The notes beneath the pieces were generated by a model. It did not search any database. It saw only the letters and a program-made list of their open reading frames with translations, and was not told the origin of the DNA. Shown here in pieces: positions 7,547 through 16,662 of a DNA stretch of 64,000 bases. The DNA is from a bacterium (GTDB lineage: Bacteria; UBA8248). The stretch lies in assembly GCA_965207065.1 (NCBI GenBank), contig OZ242260.1, forward strand, positions 1,408,001-1,472,000. Reading direction: 5' to 3'. The position numbers were made by a program, and so were the translations under genes. Each line of letters opens with the position of its first letter. The first letter of the stretch is position 1.

Positions 7547-9865
7547 TTACGCGATTACAGGCGCGGGGTTCAAATCGGCTTCGGCCAGGGGGTGCTTGCG
7601 GCGGCCCATGTCGAGGGGTGCGTCGTACAGGCGCCCGGGCGCGAATCTCGCCCAGAAATGGCGCATGCCCGGTACGATGACCCGCGCAACCGGCATGCCG
7701 ATGTCCGGCCGGGTCTGGTCCAGCACGAGGAACTCCATGCCCTTGGCTTCCACCAGCGCCCGGCAATGTTCCACATCCTCAAGAGTGTCCGCAGTTTCGA
7801 TCTCCGGATACTCCGGGCCTTGCCTGAGCGGCGCGTCCGGCGTCGGCGACAGCCAGGAACAATCGGCGATTCGAGCCGTCTTCCACCAGTTGAGCGCCAG
7901 CGGATCGTCGATCATGGGCCGGCCGTCGCCCCCTCCGGGACGCGGCAGCCAGGTAAGGCACTGGTTCAACTCGCAAACCGCGCGCAGGGCCGCCAGCCGC
8001 GGGTCGGCATGCGCGCCGGCGCCGTATATGATGTCCTCGGTTTCCGCGTCTAGTCTGCGCGAGAGCGCGACGAACGCGGGAATGCCGATGTCGGAAGTAA
8101 CGTCGAGCATCCACACTTCCCGCTCGTAGCGGGCGTAATAATCCGCGGCCGACGCAAGGAATTCGTCGTCGAAGCTGAGAAGATCAACCCCGGGCGCTCT
8201 CAGTTCGTTGTACCACCAGATGGCGAACGCATCGCGCTCGACCAGTTCATAGAAGCCTTGCAGGATGGCCTCCTCCAGGGTGTTCCCTGCGGCGCAGCCG
8301 TTGGAGTCGGCGATCAGTTCGGCGTCTCCGCGCTGTTCGGCGGACATGCTGTAGAGCATCGACGTCGGCAGATAGCGGTGCCGCCGCTGCGTGAACGACC
8401 ACACCGGGGTCCAGTCGATTTCGGCACCGGGTTCGAGACGCGGCGGGACGATGTTGTACGGGTGGCCTTTCGCGTTGATGCTTTCCGCGTTGTCTAGCTG
8501 GTCCTCGCTGAACAGCTGCGCATCGTTGGGATGGATCGCCCCGTCTTCCGCGGCGAAGTCGATGAACCGCTTGCGGATGCGGATCTCGTCTCCGCAACAG
8601 GCGCCCGAATAACGCTCGATCGCCTCGCAGAGGGCGCTGGCCTCGGATTGCGCCCGCGTGCTGCCCTTGCCGGCGCTCTTGCTGCGGAGGCTGCGCCTGA
8701 GCGAACTCAGGCTCCGGCTTCTCATGGCGGGATTGCTTCCGGCCCAGTAGACGTGCAGCCAGGAGTCGCTCTCATCGGTCGTGCGCGCCAGCCAGGTGAC
8801 GACGCCGCTGATCGGGCTTACCAGGTGGCGGTATTTCGCCAGTGTGGCTTCCGGCGTCACGGCCCGCGCGCCGCCGCTGTTGCGATGGACTTTGGGGCTC
8901 GCACTCAGACTCAGCGGCGCCGGCGGTCGATCCGGCCGGTAGAGCGCCTCGTCGCCACAGGCCGCACACTGCGGGCGGCGCATCACCGAATGATGCGAGC
9001 TTGCGAACGTGGCGACATTCATCGCAATCGCCTTATCGTGAATCGGGGCCGCATCGTCCAGCACCAGCCATTTGACGATCTCCGCCGCGACCAGGCCGTA
9101 CAGCGCCTCCAGCACCGCGGGCTCGGCGGCGAACGGCTTGAAGGCGGCTTCCTCACCGACAAAGCTGCGCAGGAAGTTGTGGGTCTCCTTATGGCAGCGC
9201 AGGCGGTAGGCCAGGCACTCCCGGCAGGGTCCTTGCTCATCCGCGCGGAAGACGGGGCCGAACAGCGCCTCCATGCCGCGCGGCCGCACCAGCATCCACG
9301 GCGCTCCCGCCTCGAGCCGGCGCCGATTCACGTCGGCAAGCCGTGCGTCGAGATAGTCGTCGCAGACGACAACCGTGAGCCGGGGGTCGCCGCTCGCCAC
9401 ACCGGCGCCGATTTCTGCCAGGCGCCGGGCGAGGCGGCCGTCGTCGCCTTCGACCGCGACCCGCGACTCCGCCAGCCGCCCTTCGGCCCAGCGGGGCGAT
9501 GCGCCGAGCGAGGCCCAGTAGGCCGCCCGGGGTCGGTCCATGCCGTGATCGGCGGAGACGACATAGCCCCTGGCGGAGAGCGAAACCACGGCCGCGAGAA
9601 CGTCGGCGGCGGCATGGCGGCCCTCGAGGGCGGCGGCAATCCCGGCCAGCGGGCGCCGGCCGCCCAGAAGCGGCAGCAGAGCGGGATACAGGCCGCCGTG
9701 CAGCAGCGTATCGAACGACTCGGACACCAGCAGGGTCTGCCCTTCGCCGATTTCGTGGAACTGCAGGTGCGGGGTGAGCGCGGGGAACTCGACGAGGCCC
9801 TGGTCCGCCGGGGTCGTTTTGGTCAATATCCCGCGTCGGGGAGTCGTCTTGGTCTGTGGTGACAT
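7547..9865 (-). CDS. srpC: Fused TOMM cyclodehydratase (RRE/E1-like + YcaO)
   Basis: GPCRECL and RRPQCAAC in the E1-like part; YcaO motifs SAGKG, EAIERY, DSNGCAAG, ELVERDA, RAVCEL; Pro-rich C-terminus NPAPVIA. Confidence 0.93.
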   Translation of the reverse strand: MSPQTKTTPRRGILTKTTPADQGLVEFPALTPHLQFHEIGEGQTLLVSESFDTLLHGGLYPALLPLLGGRRPLAGIAAALEGRHAAADVLAAVVSLSARGYVVSADHGMDRPRAAYWASLGASPRWAEGRLAESRVAVEGDDGRLARRLAEIGAGVASGDPRLTVVVCDDYLDARLADVNRRRLEAGAPWMLVRPRGMEALFGPVFRADEQGPCRECLAYRLRCHKETHNFLRSFVGEEAAFKPFAAEPAVLEALYGLVAAEIVKWLVLDDAAPIHDKAIAMNVATFASSHHSVMRRPQCAACGDEALYRPDRPPAPLSLSASPKVHRNSGGARAVTPEATLAKYRHLVSPISGVVTWLARTTDESDSWLHVYWAGSNPAMRSRSLSSLRRSLRSKSAGKGSTRAQSEASALCEAIERYSGACCGDEIRIRKRFIDFAAEDGAIHPNDAQLFSEDQLDNAESINAKGHPYNIVPPRLEPGAEIDWTPVWSFTQRRHRYLPTSMLYSMSAEQRGDAELIADSNGCAAGNTLEEAILQGFYELVERDAFAIWWYNELRAPGVDLLSFDDEFLASAADYYARYEREVWMLDVTSDIGIPAFVALSRRLDAETEDIIYGAGAHADPRLAALRAVCELNQCLTWLPRPGGGDGRPMIDDPLALNWWKTARIADCSWLSPTPDAPLRQGPEYPEIETADTLEDVEHCRALVEAKGMEFLVLDQTRPDIGMPVARVIVPGMRHFWARFAPGRLYDAPLDMGRRKHPLAEADLNPAPVIA

Positions 9866-12261
9866 GCGGGAATCCTGCGTCTGCCCGGTCGGCGCTTTTT
9901 ATGCGCGCGAAACGAGCGTATCGATCCGGGCGGCGGCGCTGGATGCGGTCTCGGCGACCGCCGACGCCAGCGCATCGAAATCCTCCTGACCGCAAGCGTC
10001 CGCAAGGAGTGATTTGACCTTCGGCCCTGCCGCCGCCGCGTCGAATCCCTCTTCGCCGACAAGACGCATGACCCCCTGTAAGTCCCGCCACATGGCCGCG
10101 GCTTGCGCCAGCGGCTCGGCGCCGGATCGTCGAGGCCGTTTCCGGCGCGCGTCAACTGCAGGTAGCGCGCGGCCCTCTCGACATCGTCCAGCCCGCCGCG
10201 CATCCGGGCGTATGCGGGCACGCCCGTTTCGGCGGGGTCTTCGGTCCGCTCGCTCAACCGGGCGAGCAAGGATTCGTCCGCGGCGCATTCGGCCAGTATC
10301 CGGCGCCGCGCCTCCTCGTAGCGGCCGGCGACATCGGAACCGCCATACTCGAAGGCGCAACGCGCCCTGGTGAGAGCGGGAACCTCACCTGAAGTCGAAT
10401 TTCCGGAATGCCCGGCCAGCTCGGAAAGCGGCAGCGCAAGAATGGTATTCGAGCCGGGCGGGACCGGGGAGAACAACAGGCTGTCCTGCGACAGGTCGGA
10501 CAGAGCCTCTTGGAAACTACGGCACACCTGCTCGTTTTTGCCGGACCGCAGGCCGTCGTGGAGGATCAGCATATCGATTCCGACGCCGGGATATGCTTCG
10601 CGGCTGGCCAGATCGCCCAGGAGAACGGCGGCGACTCCATCCACGCTCAGCATCCCGAAGCGGTCGACATAATCCGCGACCACGGAGGCGAGCACGGTCG
10701 AGATCGACGCTTCGGCGAGATTCGAGAGCGCCGTTCTCGCTTCCGCCGGCAACAGGTTACCGCGCATCACGTGCATACCGATCTGAAACGCCTTGTCGTT
10801 CGACCAGTTTCGCACGATTTCAGCGGTTTCCCTCGCATCGGCCACCGGCAGTTCGGCGACCAGACCCTTCAATTCCCCAACGTCCATCTCGTAAGTCCAG
10901 TAGACTCTCGCCAGCCCGCGCCGCGCTATCGATTCGTATTCCTCATCCGGCCCGAACCCTTTCGGCAGGTCGAGGTCGAGGAATTCCTGGTCCTGCAGGT
11001 TGTCCAGAAGTTCCGGGTTCCGCTCAATCCGTTTCGCAAGCCTCGGGGCGGCGCCGAAGATTTCGAGTATCGCGTCGAATGCGTCGGGCCGCGCCGCGGC
11101 GATCGGGCTGTCGTAGGGGCCCCAGTCGTCAATCTCCGGATAGAAATGCTTGCGCCACTGGTCCACCAGCGGGTCCATCTTCTCGAACCAGCGCTTGGGC
11201 CGCAGCACGATGTTCATCATGTCGGCGTAGGTTCCCGGCAACTCCGGCGACTCATCGAGGCCGCTGACCTGCAGCAGCGGATACTGGCGCGACGCCACCG
11301 CATGATGGTCCGCATGGCGCTGCATATTGAAAAACATCCAGTTGCTGAACTTCCAGTCGGCGCTCCAGGAATGGCGCGGCATCGCCTTTTCCCAGCGGCC
11401 GTTGTCCAGACGGACCCGGCGCAGGCCGTAGTGTTGAAAGTAGTTGCTCATCTTCATCGAAAAGACGCAGGACAGACCGAGGAAGACGAAGACGGGAACG
11501 GCCCAGATTCCGCCCATCCAGTAAACCAGTCCGTACCAGAACGCGACGCCGACGCCGTAGCGCCAGAACGGATTGTCGTAATGCCACATGGGCAAACGCC
11601 GCCGCGCCAGGCGTTCTCTTGCGACTTCCCAGGAATGGACGAGGTTGCTGACGACTTCCTTGGGGAAATATTTCCAGAAACTTTCCCCCTTCGGAGCGGA
11701 ACCCACGTCATACGGCGTGCCGACCAGGGCATGGTGAATATAGACGTGTTCCGTGGCGTATTGCGGATAGGAGACGGTGGCGAGCAGGAATTCGCCCACC
11801 CGGCGCTCCCAGGTCGTGCGCCGGTGAATCATTTCGTGGCCGACTACGAATACGGCTTGCGCTTCCATCGTCAGGATGATCGCCAGGAGCACGCCTTCCC
11901 AGATGGAGAATTGATCCGCCGCCAGGATTTGCCACATACCGAAAATGAGCGTCGGCGGCCACAGAAACGACCACGACCAGACCGGCAGATTGTGCCAGAA
12001 CAGGCGGTGCTCCGACGTATTCGCCGGGTCCATGTTTTGTCCGTCCCGACCCAGCGCCCTATCGAGCGACCCCGCAACACTCATAAAGACGAGCGGCGGC
12101 AGCAACCACCAGCCTCCATTGTACACGCCGAGAAGAATCAGCGGAAAAACAACCAGTGGCAGATAATGCGGAAGGGCGGTCAGAATGGAAGGCTCGATAG
12201 GCCGAGTGGCGTCAGCGTTGCCTGGGCCGGAGCCACCACTTGCAACCGGACTTTGTGGCAT
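9823..12261 (-). CDS. AlkB-type membrane di-iron hydroxylase/desaturase fused to a degenerate GlnE-like domain; frameshifted near the 3' end (ancestral stop probably 9899)
   Basis: His boxes GHEMIH, EHVYIHH, NYFQHYG, QRHADHH plus TM helices; C-half resembles GlnE (LSNLAEA, LGDLASRE, RGGLDDVE..RYLQL); the last ~70 plausible residues lie in another frame ending at 9899. Confidence 0.8.
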   Translation of the reverse strand: MPQSPVASGGSGPGNADATRPIEPSILTALPHYLPLVVFPLILLGVYNGGWWLLPPLVFMSVAGSLDRALGRDGQNMDPANTSEHRLFWHNLPVWSWSFLWPPTLIFGMWQILAADQFSIWEGVLLAIILTMEAQAVFVVGHEMIHRRTTWERRVGEFLLATVSYPQYATEHVYIHHALVGTPYDVGSAPKGESFWKYFPKEVVSNLVHSWEVARERLARRRLPMWHYDNPFWRYGVGVAFWYGLVYWMGGIWAVPVFVFLGLSCVFSMKMSNYFQHYGLRRVRLDNGRWEKAMPRHSWSADWKFSNWMFFNMQRHADHHAVASRQYPLLQVSGLDESPELPGTYADMMNIVLRPKRWFEKMDPLVDQWRKHFYPEIDDWGPYDSPIAAARPDAFDAILEIFGAAPRLAKRIERNPELLDNLQDQEFLDLDLPKGFGPDEEYESIARRGLARVYWTYEMDVGELKGLVAELPVADARETAEIVRNWSNDKAFQIGMHVMRGNLLPAEARTALSNLAEASISTVLASVVADYVDRFGMLSVDGVAAVLLGDLASREAYPGVGIDMLILHDGLRSGKNEQVCRSFQEALSDLSQDSLLFSPVPPGSNTILALPLSELAGHSGNSTSGEVPALTRARCAFEYGGSDVAGRYEEARRRILAECAADESLLARLSERTEDPAETGVPAYARMRGGLDDVERAARYLQLTRAGNGLDDPAPSRWRKPRPCGGTYRGSCVLSAKRDSTRRRQGRRSNHSLRTLAVRRISMRWRRRSPRPHPAPPPGSIRSFRAHKKRRPGRRRIPACHHRPRRLPDAGY

Positions 12262-12343
12262 GTCAGCTCCTCAACAGTGGGCATATTGAAACCCTTGAAC
12301 CGGAGGCAATTTTATCCTCGAATCCATGAACCTGCAAGGATTT

Positions 12344-13645
12344 TCAGGCTTTCAGGATTGCGAGGAGACGCTCGAGGGCTTCGATGCAGAACGCGGTTGT
12401 CACGGCTTCGGAGCCATGTCCAATCCGCCCTACCGTGCCCCACTTCAGGGTTTGGTCGCCGAACGCGAGGAGTTCGGGCCAGCTGCCGTCCTCGCGTTGC
12501 GAACCCGTGAACCTTTCCACCTCGCGTTTCGCGTCGATTCTATCGAGGCATCCGACATGGTGGAGCGCCGAGGCGGCCTGAGCCGATTGAAGGATGTTGC
12601 CGAACCCCCCCTCCTCGTCCCGCAAGCCCAGGATGCGCTCCGCAAGTACCGGGCGCAGCCGGTCGAGGGCGGGCCGTGCGCGATTCACGGCGCGGGCGGT
12701 CGCATAGCAGATAGCGACCTCGTCGGGATACCATTTCGACGACCCCTCGAGATTGCCTTCGGTTATCAAGGCTTCCAGCCATCGCCGGGCATCCCTGGTT
12801 TCTGGGCAGTCGCCGAGATAGGCGATGACGTTCGCATTGACCACGGGGTCGGCTTCGATACGGAAGCGCGATACGACATCGGGTTCGTCGTCTTCGAGAA
12901 CCCAGGTCATGAAGCGGCCTTCCTCGTCGCGATTCGCCAGTATCTGCGGAACGTTCCGCCCCATCAGAATCCAGGGGTGGCCTCCAATCACGAGTGAACA
13001 CAGCGCGGTGCTGTCGAGATCCTGGGGCAGATGGCGGTAATAGCGCCACAATCCGGGATATTCGATGGTTTCGGCGAGATACGCCTCGGTCGCGGCGCAG
13101 ATGGCCCTGGCGCGCGCTTCCTCGCAACATTCCAGGGCGAGGACGCAGAAAGCCGATACGAAAGGAGGTTTCTCGAAATGCCGCGGTATGTCCGGGTCGC
13201 CTACGTTGAACCGGATGCAGCGCCAGGCGCCGTTTTCGTCTATGGCGGATTCCAGGAAATCGAGACCGCGGCGGATGCTTTCCCTGCCCGCTTTCGCAAG
13301 CGCTTCGGTGGTCGCCGCGCTCTTCGGGACTCTCTCCCCTTGAAGTTTTGGAGGACGAAGGGGCGGCGCGGGGTCGTGCATCGTTTTGCGAAGAAACTCG
13401 ATCGATGCCGCGCCGGTTTTCGCCTCCTCCCGTTCCGCCTCGGTGAATTTGCTGCGCGGCGGGAGGACGAGGTGCGTCGCGGTGTAGGTTTCTTCGTGCA
13501 CGTGAATCTCATGGTCTTCGGCCATCGTAACGCCCAATTCCGCTTCGATGGTCTCTTTGGGCCTGGCGAGAAGACGTTCTCTAAAGTCGTAGTCGCCGCC
13601 GGCTCGCGATATCAGGAAATCGGCAGCGTCAAAGGGCTTCTTCAT
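12344..13645 (-). CDS. NHLP-leader-like domain fused to a prenyltransferase/squalene-hopene-cyclase-repeat (class II terpene cyclase-like) domain
   Basis: N-term DYDFRERLLARPK..HLVLPP..TEAEREEAKTG parallels the precursor leader; C-term PQDLDSTA (DxDD-like), DPVVNANV, QREDGSW and DENGAW QW-type repeats; GGAG RBS before ATG at 13645. Confidence 0.85.
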   Translation of the reverse strand: MKKPFDAADFLISRAGGDYDFRERLLARPKETIEAELGVTMAEDHEIHVHEETYTATHLVLPPRSKFTEAEREEAKTGAASIEFLRKTMHDPAPPLRPPKLQGERVPKSAATTEALAKAGRESIRRGLDFLESAIDENGAWRCIRFNVGDPDIPRHFEKPPFVSAFCVLALECCEEARARAICAATEAYLAETIEYPGLWRYYRHLPQDLDSTALCSLVIGGHPWILMGRNVPQILANRDEEGRFMTWVLEDDEPDVVSRFRIEADPVVNANVIAYLGDCPETRDARRWLEALITEGNLEGSSKWYPDEVAICYATARAVNRARPALDRLRPVLAERILGLRDEEGGFGNILQSAQAASALHHVGCLDRIDAKREVERFTGSQREDGSWPELLAFGDQTLKWGTVGRIGHGSEAVTTAFCIEALERLLAILKA

Positions 13646-13719
13646 GGATGTCTTCTCCATTTTCGCGGGCCTTGGCCGAACGTGCATTTTACCGCCGGGC
13701 TGCTGTCTGCATATTCTGG

Positions 13720-16662
13720 TCAGGCGATTTGCCTTTTGATCAACTCCTTGAATACCCCGTCGACCTCCTTGAGTTCGTTGAAGGTACCGCTTTGAACGAC
13801 TTTTCCGCCTTGCAGCACGTAGATGCGGTCGGCCTGTTCCAGCGTGGACAGGCGGTGGGCGATGATGAGCCGGGTGGAAGTCAGGTCGGCAAGGTTCCGC
13901 ATTACCTTGGCCTGGCTTTCGTTGTCCAGCCAGTTCGTCGCCTCGTCAAGCAGCATGATTCGCGGGCTGCCGATCACCGAGCGGGCGATCGTGATGCGCT
14001 GACTCTCGCCGCCCGAGAGGACGGACCCGCTGGCGCCCACCATCGTCATCATGCCCATGGGCATGTCCCTGATTTGGGCTTCGACTTCGGCGGTCCGGGT
14101 CGCCGCCCACACTTCCTCGGTCCCCACCGCATCATGGTGGCTGACCAGATTGTCCCAGAGATCTTGTGGATGGAGTCCAACGGATTGCGGCACCGCTCCA
14201 ATTTTCCGGCGCACCTGTTTCAGATTCAGGTGCCTCAGGTCGCGTCCGTCGTAATACACCGCACCGGCGGCCGGCCAGTCGATGCCGAGCGCGAGCCGGA
14301 ACAGGGTGCTCTTGCCGGCGCCGGACTCACCGGCAATCGCGATGAATTCGCCGGGACGGGCGTGAATCGTGACGTCGTCGAGGATCAACGGACCGTCGGG
14401 ATCGTAGCGGAAGGAAATGCGGTCGAACAGTATTTCACCGCCCAGGAATTCAACCGGCTCTCCTTCCGTCACGGTTTCAGGAACGGCGGAGAGAAGCGGG
14501 CGCATCTGCTCGAACGCCGGCCGCATGGCGGCAATGGCGCCGAAGGACTCGCCGAGCCGGGCGATGGCGGACTGGAAAACGATAAAGACCGTGTAAACGA
14601 CGAGAAAATCGCCGACCGGTATGTCCCGGTCTCCCGTCGCCGCCACCGCGAAAAGCAGAACCCCGCCGGCAAAAAAGGGAAGCGCGGCGCCGAATGCCCG
14701 CGAATGTCCCTCAAGCGCGCCCAGTTCAATCTCTGCGCGTTTCTGCTCGCGATAATCCCTCGCCCAGATGGCATAGGCCGACCCTTCCGCATTATCCATT
14801 CGCAGCTTGGAGATGCCTCCCACGAGCTGGAACAGCCGACCGGCTACACGCCGCGCCGCGCTGATCATCCGCCCATAAGGTGAAATCTGGCGCAACCCGA
14901 GGACTACGGCGACCAGCAGCGAAGCCAGGCTGAAGACGAGGGTGATGAGGCCGAGGGTGGCGTCGTAGAAGAAAATGACGCCAAAAACCGGAAGCAGAAA
15001 AATAATCGACAAAAAGCTGTTGGCGACGATTCCCCGCAAGCCGTCGCGAAGGTTCTGGAACGTCATCCCCGACATTGCCAGATCTCCGGCGGGATGGCGG
15101 TGCAGAATGCTTGACGGAAGGCGCATGAGACGGTCCCAGAAGGCGGCTTCGACCCGGGAAGCCGAGCGCCCCTCGAGCCGCATCATCGCCGTGCTTTGGA
15201 ACAGTTGCAGGAGAGCGCCGAGCAGACCGAACGCCGCTAACGCCACGGCGACGGTATAGAGCGTTCCTGTGCTTCCGCCCGCTAAAATTTCATTCGCAAC
15301 GAATCCGAGCGCGAGCGCCGGCAGCAGCTTGATCATGCCGTATGGAAGCCCGGCAATGACCAGACGCGCCAAATCCGCGGCCGACCCGCGCAGGGCGATT
15401 CTTAGCAGGTCTGCCAGTTTCACGTTCTCCGGCGGCAATGGCCGATAGAACATCCAGGCTTCTCCCTCCAGCGCGCCCGCGCGGTCCGCCGTGACCCGGC
15501 GGCTGCGTTTGCTGACCGGGTCGATTTCCCGGTATCGCCCGAACATTCCCGGCAACAGCGCCACTGGCTGGCCGTCCTCGGCGCGGAACGCCAGCATCGC
15601 GTTGCTGTCGCCGCGCCACCAGCTGCCCTCGGCTTTGAACCGCACGCGCCGGGCGCGTAAGCCCGACGCATCGAGAACCTCGACGAGGCCGACCGGAGAA
15701 TCGGAAAGTCCCGCACGCGCCGGAATCTTGAAATCGATTCCTTCATGGCGGCCGATGAGTTGCAGGGCATCCGCCAGCGCCGTGTCCTCGACACTGGCGT
15801 CCCGGTCGATCGGAAGGTCATAGATGTTGAACAGCCGCTGCCGCGCGGCTTTTTCCGCCGTGCGGCGGCTGGTAGTCCGCGCGCGTTCGAGATTGACGTC
15901 ATCGACCACGACCAGTCGGCGGTTCAGGCGTTCCAGGGAAAAAGCAACCGCGTGAAAAGAGGCGAGCGCCGGCAGCAGCGTGCCTTGCTCCGCCAGGGTT
16001 TCGGTTGATAAGCCCGTCAGCGTCGCTTCGTCGAACAAGGCGAGCCAGCTTGTGCGCGTCAGCGGAATAACGGCGTCGTGCGGGCCGCTCGCCTCCGCCA
16101 GTTCCGCCGGGTCGACGATACCCATGAACAGGCTCGCGCCGCGCGGCGGTTCGGATACCCATACCACGCCGCGCCGTACGGATAGCGTACAAGGGGCCAG
16201 GGTCTGCGTCCGACCGGGTTCGGCCAGCGCGGTCGGGCGCGGAAGGGGGCTTGCGAAACGGGACAGTGTTTCAGCAATGGCGATCAGCCAGGTATCGGTC
16301 TGTTCCGCCAGTTCCGCCGGATGGACCCGGGACAGCAGGGAAGCCGGCAGACGTTTCAAAATGGTGCCCGGCAGTCCTTTGGCGATGATGCTGAGCGTAT
16401 TGTCTTCGTCACCCTCTCGCTGGTCCGGCGACACGCCCGGCAGCAGCCAGCCCGACTCCCGGCGCAGCAGATGCTGCGGCGCCGCCTGCTCCACCCCGTC
16501 CTTGAGTTCGGCGAGGAACAGATTGACGGCGCCCTGATCGATGAACCAGACGCTGTCCGGGTCGTCGAGCTTGACCGGCAGGTTGCCGGCGCAGGGTACG
16601 GACGCGCCGAAGCGAGCGGCGAGTTCGGCGATGGACGTGTATTCCGGCTTTGTGTGCTGCAT
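13720..16662 (-). CDS. NHLP-system export ABC transporter, permease/ATPase subunit
   Basis: Long N-terminal extension, TM domain, Walker A GESGAGKS, signature LSGGESQR, LLDEAT, IAHRLST; coupled to the upstream gene. Confidence 0.92.
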   Translation of the reverse strand: MQHTKPEYTSIAELAARFGASVPCAGNLPVKLDDPDSVWFIDQGAVNLFLAELKDGVEQAAPQHLLRRESGWLLPGVSPDQREGDEDNTLSIIAKGLPGTILKRLPASLLSRVHPAELAEQTDTWLIAIAETLSRFASPLPRPTALAEPGRTQTLAPCTLSVRRGVVWVSEPPRGASLFMGIVDPAELAEASGPHDAVIPLTRTSWLALFDEATLTGLSTETLAEQGTLLPALASFHAVAFSLERLNRRLVVVDDVNLERARTTSRRTAEKAARQRLFNIYDLPIDRDASVEDTALADALQLIGRHEGIDFKIPARAGLSDSPVGLVEVLDASGLRARRVRFKAEGSWWRGDSNAMLAFRAEDGQPVALLPGMFGRYREIDPVSKRSRRVTADRAGALEGEAWMFYRPLPPENVKLADLLRIALRGSAADLARLVIAGLPYGMIKLLPALALGFVANEILAGGSTGTLYTVAVALAAFGLLGALLQLFQSTAMMRLEGRSASRVEAAFWDRLMRLPSSILHRHPAGDLAMSGMTFQNLRDGLRGIVANSFLSIIFLLPVFGVIFFYDATLGLITLVFSLASLLVAVVLGLRQISPYGRMISAARRVAGRLFQLVGGISKLRMDNAEGSAYAIWARDYREQKRAEIELGALEGHSRAFGAALPFFAGGVLLFAVAATGDRDIPVGDFLVVYTVFIVFQSAIARLGESFGAIAAMRPAFEQMRPLLSAVPETVTEGEPVEFLGGEILFDRISFRYDPDGPLILDDVTIHARPGEFIAIAGESGAGKSTLFRLALGIDWPAAGAVYYDGRDLRHLNLKQVRRKIGAVPQSVGLHPQDLWDNLVSHHDAVGTEEVWAATRTAEVEAQIRDMPMGMMTMVGASGSVLSGGESQRITIARSVIGSPRIMLLDEATNWLDNESQAKVMRNLADLTSTRLIIAHRLSTLEQADRIYVLQGGKVVQSGTFNELKEVDGVFKELIKRQIA

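Noticed and set aside
185-14883. Long plus-strand ORFs such as 185-1555, 3350-4540, 8531-9862, 10408-12510 and 13648-14883
   Set aside because: Antisense shadows of GC3-rich minus-strand genes; no recognisable motifs.
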